The notes under the pieces: generated by a model
What the model saw: only the letters and a program-made list of their open reading frames with translations
What the model was told of the DNA's origin: nothing
Database searches by the model: none
IMG/VR virus record: IMGVR_UViG_3300020042_006344
Coordinates: 1-28,217 of that record
Origin: a virus
Taxonomy: Duplodnaviria; Caudoviricetes
Direction: 5' to 3' (one strand)
DNA: 28,217 bases
Program-made: the position numbers and the translations under genes
In this document: one piece after another, positions 1-7,671 of the stretch
How the letters are laid out: every line of letters begins with the position of its first letter
How positions within the stretch are numbered: position 1 is the stretch's first letter

Positions 1-246
1 AAGCAGATTCGCAGAGTCGGCCAGTTCGACCCGAACCTGGTGCGCCAGGCGATCATCGCGAACGGCGGCGCTCCGACCGTCAAGGTGGCGCTGACTATGT
101 TCGACTACCTCTTTCCAGAGCTGCACGGCAAGAGCGAGGTGCAGCTGGACGAGGTTCAGAGGGCCTGCATTCAAGAGATCGAGGCGCAGATCGGTGCCTC
201 TGTCGGCCTGCTTGGTACCAGCCCGACGACGATGGCGTGGCTCTAA
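1..246 (+). CDS. purZ: 3' end of PurZ/PurZ0-type aminodeoxyadenylosuccinate synthetase (5' part lies outside the window)
   Basis: Frame 1 reads KQIRRVGQFDPNLVRQAIIANGGAPTVKVALTMFDYLFPE...LLGTSP, a PurA-family C-terminus; 33 of 38 aa are identical to the copy at 1969-2082 (-). Its stop TAA overlaps the next ATG (TAATG). Confidence 0.88.
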   Translation, partial: KQIRRVGQFDPNLVRQAIIANGGAPTVKVALTMFDYLFPELHGKSEVQLDEVQRACIQEIEAQIGASVGLLGTSPTTMAWL

Positions 247-650
247 TGGAACAGAACCCAAAGGAGAACCCGAACGACTGGCGCAACCTGGCCAGGCTTC
301 TGTCGGGCGAGGAGAATCCAAAGTGGGAGACCAGCACTGACGACCTTGTCGGCTGGTGGACACAGACCGCGAATGACGAACTCGGCGACGTCTTGCCAAA
401 GGCGATCGAGTACGGAAGCGCAGACTTGAAGATCATCGGCTTCGCCATGTCGCAGATGATCGGCAAGCCAACGAAAGTCACACACGAGGAGCTAGGCATC
501 GCCTTTTACTTGCTCGGCAAAGTCGCTCGGTTGATCGGTGCGTACGCAGACGGCCGCTCACCAAGTGACGACACATGGCACGATATTGCTATCTACACCA
601 AGATGGCACAGTTCGCCCGTAGCTTCGGGCAGTGGGGAGAGTTCAAATGA
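246..650 (+). CDS. MazG-like all-alpha nucleotide pyrophosphatase (DUF1599/Nmad1-like)
   Basis: Motif pattern K-x2-EYG...K-x2-R...DT-x2-D-x3-Y (PKAIEYG, GKVAR, DDTWHDIAIY) recalled for DUF1599; translationally coupled to purZ. Confidence 0.62.
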   Translation: MEQNPKENPNDWRNLARLLSGEENPKWETSTDDLVGWWTQTANDELGDVLPKAIEYGSADLKIIGFAMSQMIGKPTKVTHEELGIAFYLLGKVARLIGAYADGRSPSDDTWHDIAIYTKMAQFARSFGQWGEFK

Positions 651-1039
651 TCGTCTATTTAGCAGCACCGATCGACTTCGCAAAAGACGGGCTCATCGAG
701 AAGTACAAAGCAGAGGTCTACAGCTCGTTCAAAGAGTCTGCGTGGATCTACGACCCTTCGAGCGCTTGGACTGCGCCAGAAGATCTCGACCCAGATGGGG
801 TCATTCACCAAGCCAACCTCGCGGTCTTGCGAAAAGCAAACCTCGTGATCGCCGTCTTAGTGCGCGACACTCTGACGATCGGCACCGTGCTTGAGATTCA
901 AGACGCTGTCGATGCCAATATCCCAGTCTGCGTGCTTGGCAATATCGGGCAGAAGAGCGTCGCACTCGCAGAGCTTGAAGTGCCAGTCGTGGCTTCGATG
1001 AATGAGTTCGATGGAGACTGGAGTGACTGGCATGCGTGA
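647..1039 (+). CDS. nucleoside 2-deoxyribosyltransferase / nucleotide N-glycosidase family protein
   Basis: N-terminal IVYLAAP, a YDP motif, and GTVLEI (catalytic Glu motif) followed by A-x4-IPV; ATGA overlap with the upstream gene. Confidence 0.78.
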   Translation: MIVYLAAPIDFAKDGLIEKYKAEVYSSFKESAWIYDPSSAWTAPEDLDPDGVIHQANLAVLRKANLVIAVLVRDTLTIGTVLEIQDAVDANIPVCVLGNIGQKSVALAELEVPVVASMNEFDGDWSDWHA

Positions 1040-1463
1040 TCTCTTGTGGACCGCGCTGTCACCGACTGCGCAAGGGCCTGCAAAGGCTTATGATGACGAC
1101 GCTGGATACGACCTTTTCGTCGATCAAGACACGACTATCGAACCGAGCACCTTTGTGGATGTGCCGCTTGGCGTTGCGGTCAAGCTGCCAGAGGGCACTT
1201 GGGGCTTGCTGACTGGTCGCAGTTCGACTTTGCGCAAGCACGGGCTCATGGTGGCGCAGGGCGTTATTGATTGCGGCTACACAGGTCCTCTCTTTGCTGG
1301 CGTCTGGAACATGACAGACCAGCCAGTCCTCGTAACTCGCGGGATGCGCTTAGTTCAGTACATACTCATGCCGAATCGCTCCCTTGGCGTCTCTATTCAG
1401 CAGGTAGATCAGCTTCCCAAAACAGAGCGCGGTGCTTCTGGCTTTGGGAGCTCTGGTGTCTGA
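1032..1463 (+). CDS. dut: trimeric dUTPase-fold protein
   Basis: All five motifs are present: AGYDL, GRSS, GVIDCGYTG, RLVQ and RGASGFGSSG. Confidence 0.9.
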   Translation: MRDLLWTALSPTAQGPAKAYDDDAGYDLFVDQDTTIEPSTFVDVPLGVAVKLPEGTWGLLTGRSSTLRKHGLMVAQGVIDCGYTGPLFAGVWNMTDQPVLVTRGMRLVQYILMPNRSLGVSIQQVDQLPKTERGASGFGSSGV

Positions 1464-1968
1464 GCCCTTAGCCGAGATCGCTGTGAAAACGCTTGATCTG
1501 GTCGAGTGGTACTCTCGCCTTGGTGCGGCTATGCTGCCTGGCAGGTCTGGCCCGAGTGGGGCGCGCACCTTCCCAGGTCCTCGCATGCCGTTACGTGTTG
1601 GCGTGTTGGACACCAAGGTCAAGCTCGGCCGTGATACACTTAGGTGGGAAGACGCGCTGCGCACCGCAGATCAAGACGAGCCAACCCCAAACAGGAATCC
1701 CGCTCGATCGCTGGCTTGGTGCGCGGAGCGTCTTTCTAAATGGCCAGAAAGCAACAGGCCCGAATGGTTCGAGGAGATCGTGACTGAGATAAAAGGGCAT
1801 CATTCGCATATCGAGGTCGTCATAGGCAACAGGCCAGAGCCACTGCGCACTGGGCTTCGCTGCCCGTTCTGTGCCAGCCAGCTGATCATAAAGCTAGATC
1901 AGGGGCTTATCTTGTGCAGAGACCACGGCTGCAGATGCGCGGCCGAGGACTGCCCTTGCTTTAGGGGC
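1456..1968 (+). CDS. Cys-rich (zinc-ribbon) hypothetical protein, broken at the 1968/1969 junction
   Basis: GTG overlaps the end of dut; CPFC...CRDHGCRC...CPC cluster. Beyond about 1968 the frame is only the antisense of purZ. Confidence 0.6.
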
Positions 1969-2865
1969 AAAGAGATAGTCGAACATGGTCAGCGCGACCT
2001 TGACAGTTGGAGCACCGCCGTTCGCAACGACAGCCTGGCGCACGAGATCTGCGTCGAACTGACCGACTCTGCGAATCTTTTTGGTCACTGTGGTGCGTTC
2101 GGGTTCGATGCCAAGCGCTTCCCAGCTGGTCTCGCCTTCGAGTGGTCCAGAGTTCCCAGAGACGCGAATTGGGTAGGTGCGAGCTGTCACCCAGACAGTG
2201 AAGAGATCAACAGCGCGGTCCCAGGGGCTGATGCCCGCTTGACCCAAGAAGTCGATCGCTCTGCAGTCCTGAGAGGTGCAGAAAGGGTAGTAACCTGCGT
2301 GCAAGCCCAGACCGTAGCCCTGTGTGCCCTCGATCAAGGCGGTGCCGCCTCGGGCCAAGTGCTCGCGAATCAGGCGAGAGGTGTCAACCCCGCCACCGTA
2401 AAGATTCGCTTTGCGCATTAGGCGGTCAGCACGAGCGGCGCCGATTCCCTTGCTTGTGCTGCCGACTCGCTCTGTCATGCCGCCGTCGGCTTCAATGTCG
2501 TGGTGCCTAGGCTCCAAGATCGTAGCCTGATCGTCAATGATCAGACGAGCGCTGGCTTGATACCCACCTCGGTCTAGCTGCTCGAGTTCGTCGGTCAGCA
2601 CTTCCATGTCGATCTCTGAGCCTGCCGCGATGATCAGGTCTGACTCTGGTGCTGTGACTGCGTTGACTGGCACGGTGCGCAGTCGCCAGGCGAAGTTCGC
2701 CTCGCCGTCTGGTCCTTTGCCATGTACTGTGTGACCAGCGTTCGAACCCGCCACTCTGATGCCCATGAAAGGCACCTCGCTAGTCGCAGACAGATGCCCC
2801 GCGACTGCGCCTTTGCCCTCACTGCCGAACTGGCCGCCGACTACGGCGATTAGATGTCCTGCCAT
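1969..2865 (-). CDS. purZ: PurZ0-like aminodeoxyadenylosuccinate synthetase, lacking about 43 C-terminal residues (broken after ...MFDYLF)
   Basis: GGQFGSEGKG (Ser15 in place of the PurA catalytic Asp of GDEGKG), NAGHT, GSTSKGIG, EGTQG, YPFCTS, YPIRV, TTVTKKIRR, LTMFDY; upstream RBS AGGGGGG. Confidence 0.9.
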
Positions 2866-2876
2866 TATGTCCCCCC

Positions 2877-3197
2877 TTAAAAGGTTGCTTCGTTGGTTGT
2901 TGTTTTAGCCCAGTAGCTCGGGTGCACGGTTGCCGTCTGGACTGACCAACATTCGTGACGAGCCAAGATCAGCTCGTAGTTTCTTGCGATATTGCGCATC
3001 GATCTCTTTTCGAGGTAAAAACTCGGGAACCAGCGAACGAGACCGAAAGTATAGCGTCTCTTTAGGAAGCAGTCAACCTCGACACGCAGATCGATCGGTG
3101 TGACGTCAGCTTCCAGCTTGAAGCCACAATACTGAAAGAGCCAGGTCGCAGATCTGCACCGCCTGCACTCAGACTCGACCGCCTTTTTATCCAGCAT
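2877..3197 (-). CDS. hypothetical protein with N-terminal CxxC and C-terminal HxC (putative Zn-binding)
   Basis: CRRC...HEC; AAGGAG RBS; lies between the primase and purZ. Confidence 0.65.
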   Translation of the reverse strand: MLDKKAVESECRRCRSATWLFQYCGFKLEADVTPIDLRVEVDCFLKRRYTFGLVRWFPSFYLEKRSMRNIARNYELILARHECWSVQTATVHPSYWAKTTTNEATF

Positions 3198-3233
3198 CTT
3201 TTTCTCCTTGACCTGGGTCTAGCTCCGAGTAAC

Positions 3234-3343
3234 TCACCGACCGCCCCCCCTTATAGGGGGGGGCGAAGTCGGTGAATGTGCTCTCCGCGTGTGCCGTTAC
3301 CTGACCGACCCCTCGGCGGTGAATATCGGTCAATTCGGTGAAT
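3234..3343. repeat. palindrome plus iteron-like repeats; putative replication origin
   Basis: Inverted repeat TCACCGAC-CGC7-TTATA-G8CG-AA-GTCGGTGA (3234-3275), plus (T)CGGTSAAT repeats at 3269, 3317, 3326 and 3335, directly downstream of the primase/helicase. Confidence 0.6.
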
Positions 3344-3349
3344 CTGTTT

Positions 3350-5413
3350 TTACTCATCGAGCAACCCCTCGAAGCTCTGTAGCATGCCGACAGCGAAAGG
3401 CTTGCGATGCTTGAAATAGCGGCCGTTGCCCTGAGCGCGCAGTTCCAAGAAGCCTCGACCCTCGAGCCCTGCCAGCGCTTGCTTGATCTGATCTGAGCCC
3501 CCTTCGACCACTTGAATGATCTGGTTGGTGCTCATCTCTTGACCGTGCCCCGCCATGAACTCTGAGACTCGTTGCATCAGATGATCGCGTGCTGAAAACG
3601 CGGCTGTGCCGCCTGCTATTCCAATTTCGATCTTGTCGCCCTGTGAGATCAGTTCGGCGGTGCCGATGTAACTGGCCTCGAGCGCCATGCCACGAACGAA
3701 GCCTGGGCGGTCTTTTGTCACCTTCATGCGCAGCTTGCCGTTGGAGCCTCGACCGAAAGGCATCTCGACATCGACTGACATCGCCACGCCATCGATATCG
3801 GCTCTCTTGGCCTGCGCCCCGATCGCGTAGCTGCCTCGGTTGTCCTTGCTTTTGGTCACGTGATCGATGGTGAGCACCGCCGTACCCCACAGGCGCAGAG
3901 GTCGAAGCACGACCTGGCTGAACTGCGTGGCGTCTTTGTTCTTTTCGAGGTCTAGCCCGAGCAAGTTCATCGCCGCATTGACGCCGTCCATGACGAGCAG
4001 CGTCGGCTTCAGATCTCGAATCGATGGCAAAAGCGCCTGCTGTGCGTCAGCGTCATACGGCCCGTCTGGGTTAGAATAGTAAAAGTGCCCAAAGTGGCGC
4101 TCCTGAACACCAAGCGCCTTCAAGCGGTTGCGAATACCACGCCCTGAGTCTTCAAAGTCAACATAAAAAACCGCGTTGCCCTTGACGAGCTCTTGGCGCA
4201 CCGCTTCGAGTGCTATCCAAGTCTTTCCAGACTCTGACTCTCCAAATATCGCGTTGATCTTTCCAGCGTAGAGCAACGCCTTGCCGTCTGTCCTGAACAG
4301 GACGCTCGGCTCTGGCTCTTGGTCGTCTGCTGACCAGTCGAGTTTCTTTGGGTGCCAGCTGCTTGTCGGTTCGACTGCCTCTGGCGCCTCGAAGTCTGCC
4401 GCTGGCGCTTCGAGCATCTGCGAGACATCAACCAGCTGCAAGGTCGAGCTGCTGCTTGTGCCGAAGCCGAGATCTCGCAGGGCTCCAGCGGCCGCTTTGA
4501 AGTCGCCGCTGTGGTTGACCAGCGTGTAAACCGCGAACTTGCTATAAGCGCGCTCAGACTCGAACTGCGTGCTGGTGCTAAATACATAAAAAAAGTCTTG
4601 ACCGTCGAAGCCAGTGGTGGCCGAGATGCCGTCGTTCTTGCCTGGTCTGCGCCACGCGGTGGTCGGTCCCTTGGTGTAAACCTTTGACCAGCCCAAGGGC
4701 AGAAGCAGCTCGTCCCAGCTGGTCTTGTCGCCAAAGTCGTCACCTGGTAGCAGACCGTCGGTCGGCTTGACCGTCACCTCTGAAGCGACCACTGAGGCCT
4801 TTGGCAGCTGGTCGAAATACTTGAAAAGGCTGTGCAGTGAGTCGCGCTCGTCCTGCGTCAGAGTCGGAATCGTCTCGATCGAGCCTGAGATCAGCTGCCA
4901 CGCACGACCCGAAGGGTGACAAGCGCCGCCTGTCGGCGCGACCACGACATAACCACCTTCGCCGCGAGTCTCGACGAGGACATCGACCCCGTCGTTGTCA
5001 CCTGGTCGCCTAGCCAGTTTCGTGTTGCCTGGCACCTGCCCGTCTATGCGATAGAGCCAGTGCAGGCCGCCGCTTGGCGTGATCTCGCAATAGCCTGAGT
5101 TAATTCGCTCCCAGAGTTCTGCTAGACCGATCTGTTGTGCCATGTCTCTGGCCTGAGTGTGAAGTCCTGCGGCTACCGCTCGTCCTTCCAGCTCTAGCAT
5201 CTCGAGGTTGCCACTTATGCGACCAGTGATCAGACCGACGCCTTGCGCGGTTTCGAACCACTTGCGAAGGCTGTCCTCGGACGGCATTTCGCTCTGGTAG
5301 CGCTTCCAGCTGTCGAGTGCTGGTCTCTTGCTGCCATCGCTTGCCACTGGCACGACTGAGCAACCAGCGACCGCAAAGCGTAACGCTGCGCTGTAAACGG
5401 TTAGATCACTCAC
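3350..5413 (-). CDS. bifunctional DNA primase/polymerase (Prim-Pol) fused to an AAA/RecA-type helicase
   Basis: N-terminal Prim-Pol motifs (VVPV...KRP, GVGLITG, TPSGGLH, RGEGGYVVVAP); C-terminal Walker A GESESGKT, YVDFE, LLVMDG, IDH. Confidence 0.88.
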   Translation of the reverse strand: MSDLTVYSAALRFAVAGCSVVPVASDGSKRPALDSWKRYQSEMPSEDSLRKWFETAQGVGLITGRISGNLEMLELEGRAVAAGLHTQARDMAQQIGLAELWERINSGYCEITPSGGLHWLYRIDGQVPGNTKLARRPGDNDGVDVLVETRGEGGYVVVAPTGGACHPSGRAWQLISGSIETIPTLTQDERDSLHSLFKYFDQLPKASVVASEVTVKPTDGLLPGDDFGDKTSWDELLLPLGWSKVYTKGPTTAWRRPGKNDGISATTGFDGQDFFYVFSTSTQFESERAYSKFAVYTLVNHSGDFKAAAGALRDLGFGTSSSSTLQLVDVSQMLEAPAADFEAPEAVEPTSSWHPKKLDWSADDQEPEPSVLFRTDGKALLYAGKINAIFGESESGKTWIALEAVRQELVKGNAVFYVDFEDSGRGIRNRLKALGVQERHFGHFYYSNPDGPYDADAQQALLPSIRDLKPTLLVMDGVNAAMNLLGLDLEKNKDATQFSQVVLRPLRLWGTAVLTIDHVTKSKDNRGSYAIGAQAKRADIDGVAMSVDVEMPFGRGSNGKLRMKVTKDRPGFVRGMALEASYIGTAELISQGDKIEIGIAGGTAAFSARDHLMQRVSEFMAGHGQEMSTNQIIQVVEGGSDQIKQALAGLEGRGFLELRAQGNGRYFKHRKPFAVGMLQSFEGLLDE

Positions 5414-6953
5414 TCTCTACAATTCTCCCCAAGACCCACTCGGCCACTGGAACGGCTACTGCGTTGCCTGTCTGTTTGTAGCGCGAGCTGTCGGCTTGCG
5501 GTTTTCCGTCGCTTGTGATCGTCCAGTCATCTGGGAAGCCCTGCAGTCGCTCGCACTCGACTGGTGTCAAGCGGCGCACGACTGACTCGGCAAGCACGCC
5601 TGTGGACTGCTTGGTGCCAGCCCTGAGAGTGTGGTGCGTGTCGGCGAGGCTGTCGTTGAACTCATCGTAAGCCTGAACCGCGAGCCTTGATGCGTCGTAG
5701 CCACGAGCGCCCATAGCAGTCAGCGTCGGCACGAAGTCGCTCTCGATCGTGAGTGCCACAGCCTGAAGGCTGACCGTGTCGATGGTGTAGGCAGGGTCTC
5801 CCTCTAACCCAACGCCCATGCCGTTCTGTTTCTTTTCGCCTTCTCTTGCGTCTTGAATTGGTGTGGCTACCATCGGCACGTTATTGCCGCCAGTGCCCAT
5901 CATGGCGGTGAGCGTGCTCATGGTGTCGCCCTGAACGCGAGCGCCGTCTTCTTTGTGAGGGCTGAAAACGATCACATGTGGCGAAGTCGTGTCGATCGTG
6001 AACATCGGCCCGCCTTCGTCTGAGTGCCCTCGACCCTGCGGTCCCGATGTGTCTGCGCGACCGATGACTGTGTTCTGCACTGCGATCACCGTCGCCCGTG
6101 AGTCGCCGCCGTTGTCCATGAGGTTCAAAGTCGGCGCGGTTTCGCGCTCTGCCCAGACTTCAGCTGGCAGGTTGCCCTCGGCATCGCGCTCGCCAGATCT
6201 CACGATCTTGACATATGGCTCGACGACCAGATGTCCACTATTCACATCTTGATTAACTACCGTAGAGCGGTGATAGAGTTCGGCTGGCAGGCAGTTGGCT
6301 ACATTCGCACCGTTTGAGAGGCTGCTTCCAGCGCTTGTTGCAGCTTCGGCGGTAGGACTTTGCCCCTTCGCGTGGCTCTTCTGATGATACCCTCGGCGGC
6401 CTTCGCCGAGATCAAGTACTTCTGCAGATGCGCGCCAGTCGTCTCCAAGACAGCCGACAATGAAGACACGACGGCGTCGCTGCGCGACTCCAAAGTGCTG
6501 AGCGTCAAGAACCCTGTAAGCGAGCCCATACCCGAGTTCTGCCAGCGACCCGAGGACGATGCCCATGTCCCGTCCGTCGTTGGATGACAGCAGACCAGGG
6601 ACATTTTCGAGGACGAGCCACTTCGTTTTGGTTTCGGCTGCGAGTCTGTGAATCTCCCAGAAGAGTCCACTGCGCTCTCCTGCGAGTCCTGCCCTTCGAC
6701 CCGCAACGGACAGGTCTTGGCATGGAAACCCGCCAGTGATAATTCCGTGTTCTGGATTAAAGCCTGCACTGAGTAAGTCTCCACCTGTAACCCCCTTGAT
6801 GTCTGTGAATAAGTGAATGCCTGGGAACTGGTCGGCCAGCACCCCGCTTGCTTTTTTGTCGATCTCGACAGCGGCCACGGGTTTAATCCCTTGGCGCTCC
6901 ATAGCTAAGTCAAAGCCGCCAATTCCAGCGAACAATGAGACGCCTGTCAACAT
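5406..6953 (-). CDS. DNA (cytosine-5) methyltransferase with a long variable region
   Basis: Motifs I FAGIGG, IV GFPCQD, VI ENV, VIII QRRRR, IX RRLTPVECERLQGFP, X GNAV. Confidence 0.95.
   Translation of the reverse strand: MLTGVSLFAGIGGFDLAMERQGIKPVAAVEIDKKASGVLADQFPGIHLFTDIKGVTGGDLLSAGFNPEHGIITGGFPCQDLSVAGRRAGLAGERSGLFWEIHRLAAETKTKWLVLENVPGLLSSNDGRDMGIVLGSLAELGYGLAYRVLDAQHFGVAQRRRRVFIVGCLGDDWRASAEVLDLGEGRRGYHQKSHAKGQSPTAEAATSAGSSLSNGANVANCLPAELYHRSTVVNQDVNSGHLVVEPYVKIVRSGERDAEGNLPAEVWAERETAPTLNLMDNGGDSRATVIAVQNTVIGRADTSGPQGRGHSDEGGPMFTIDTTSPHVIVFSPHKEDGARVQGDTMSTLTAMMGTGGNNVPMVATPIQDAREGEKKQNGMGVGLEGDPAYTIDTVSLQAVALTIESDFVPTLTAMGARGYDASRLAVQAYDEFNDSLADTHHTLRAGTKQSTGVLAESVVRRLTPVECERLQGFPDDWTITSDGKPQADSSRYKQTGNAVAVPVAEWVLGRIVESE
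6299..6784 (-). CDS. nested alternative-frame ORF inside the methyltransferase (M.EcoHK31I beta-like arrangement)
   Basis: 161-codon same-strand ORF ending SLSAVLE...KYLISAKAAEGIIRRATRRGKVLP, a pattern recalled from overlapping ORFs in C5 MTase genes; start codon uncertain. Confidence 0.6.
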   Translation of the reverse strand: METYSVQALIQNTELSLAGFHAKTCPLRVEGQDSQESAVDSSGRFTDSQPKPKRSGSSSKMSLVCCHPTTDGTWASSSGRWQNSGMGSLTGFLTLSTLESRSDAVVSSLSAVLETTGAHLQKYLISAKAAEGIIRRATRRGKVLPPKLQQALEAASQTVRM

Positions 6954-6981
6954 GCTACCCCCCTAATTCGTTTGTCTTGCG

Positions 6982-7042
6982 TGCTGTGTCGAGAATCGAA
7001 CTCGAAGGCGGTCTTCCCCTTACCACCTAACCATTCACAGCG
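6982..7042 (-). ncRNA. short tRNA-like RNA (acceptor stem and canonical T-arm, no D-stem)
   Basis: C-GCTGTG-AATGGTT-AGGTGGT-AAGGGGAAG-ACCGCCT-TCGAG-TTCGATT-CTCGA-CACAGC-A; intergenic. Confidence 0.55.
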
Positions 7043-7048
7043 ACCCCC

Positions 7049-7072
7049 CTAGGCACGGAAGGTGTTGCCTAG
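7049..7072 (-). terminator. hairpin just after the SSB-like gene
   Basis: CTAGGCA...TGCCTAG inverted repeat; no clear U-tract. Confidence 0.35.
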
Positions 7073-7076
7073 AAAC

Positions 7077-7532
7077 CTACTTGGCGACGATCTGACCACC
7101 CAGCTGCGCAAGTAGCGCTGCGACTTCTGGTGGCACTGCGCCGTCGGCCACGACCGCCTTCGCTGCTGGGGCTTGTGGTCCCTTGGCGAGTGCAGCTTTG
7201 GCACGCTCGACATCAGCGGCGTCTGTTGTTGCGTCGATGAGAATCCATGGCGCATTCTTTCCAGGCTTGGCGACTCCTTGTGAGATACGGGCAAGGACTT
7301 TCTGTCCGATCTTTGGTCGCAAGGCGTTGCGAAGCGCGATGTTGAAAAACAGGACATCGTTGTGTGACTCGCCGCTGTCCAGATCGATCAGGTCAACCGA
7401 GATCGCGTCTGCGTCGCCGTTCACTGTCTGAATGCCCTCGCGGTAATCCTTTGGTGAGATGATGAGAAGGTGCCCCTGCAGATCTGCAGGTCTTGGTCCT
7501 TGTTCGTTTGTTGCTGGAGATGAAAACTCCAT
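7077..7532 (-). CDS. putative single-stranded DNA-binding protein
   Basis: Beta-rich core ending in GKNAPWIL, low-complexity tail, and position next to the Cas4-like nuclease, as in actinophage recombination modules. Confidence 0.55.
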   Translation of the reverse strand: MEFSSPATNEQGPRPADLQGHLLIISPKDYREGIQTVNGDADAISVDLIDLDSGESHNDVLFFNIALRNALRPKIGQKVLARISQGVAKPGKNAPWILIDATTDAADVERAKAALAKGPQAPAAKAVVADGAVPPEVAALLAQLGGQIVAK

Positions 7533-7545
7533 TTCGACCCCTTTG

Positions 7546-7671
7546 CTAGTTGGTTGGTGGTTGGGTATTGGCAGTCGGCCCGAGGCTCTCCGTCAATTCT
7601 TTGATCAGGTCGCTGATCGTCGGCGATGGCACTTGACAGCTGCAACCATCGCGGCACGGCTCGCAGGTCAT
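7546..7671 (-). CDS. small Cys-rich hypothetical protein (MTCEPCRDGCSC...)
   Basis: ATGA overlap with the Cas4-like gene; fills the gap before the SSB-like gene. Confidence 0.5.
   Translation of the reverse strand: MTCEPCRDGCSCQVPSPTISDLIKELTESLGPTANTQPPTN

Noticed and set aside
1894-1968. C-terminal tail APKARAVLG... of the 323-aa PurZ ORF
   Set aside because: It is read-through into the antisense of the Cys-rich gene; the natural C-terminus is seen at 115-246.
1432-2421. 329-aa + strand ORF as a single protein
   Set aside because: Beyond about 1968 it is the antisense of purZ; the length results from the junction.
1969-2865. Ordinary purA forming an auxiliary AMP pathway with purB
   Set aside because: It lacks the catalytic Asp of GDEGKG and has PurZ-like loops; disfavoured, though only an assay can exclude it.
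3354-5363. Alternative-frame and antisense ORFs within the primase gene (and similar ones elsewhere)
   Set aside because: Arg/Ser-rich shadows expected at high GC, with no motifs, unlike the nested methyltransferase ORF.
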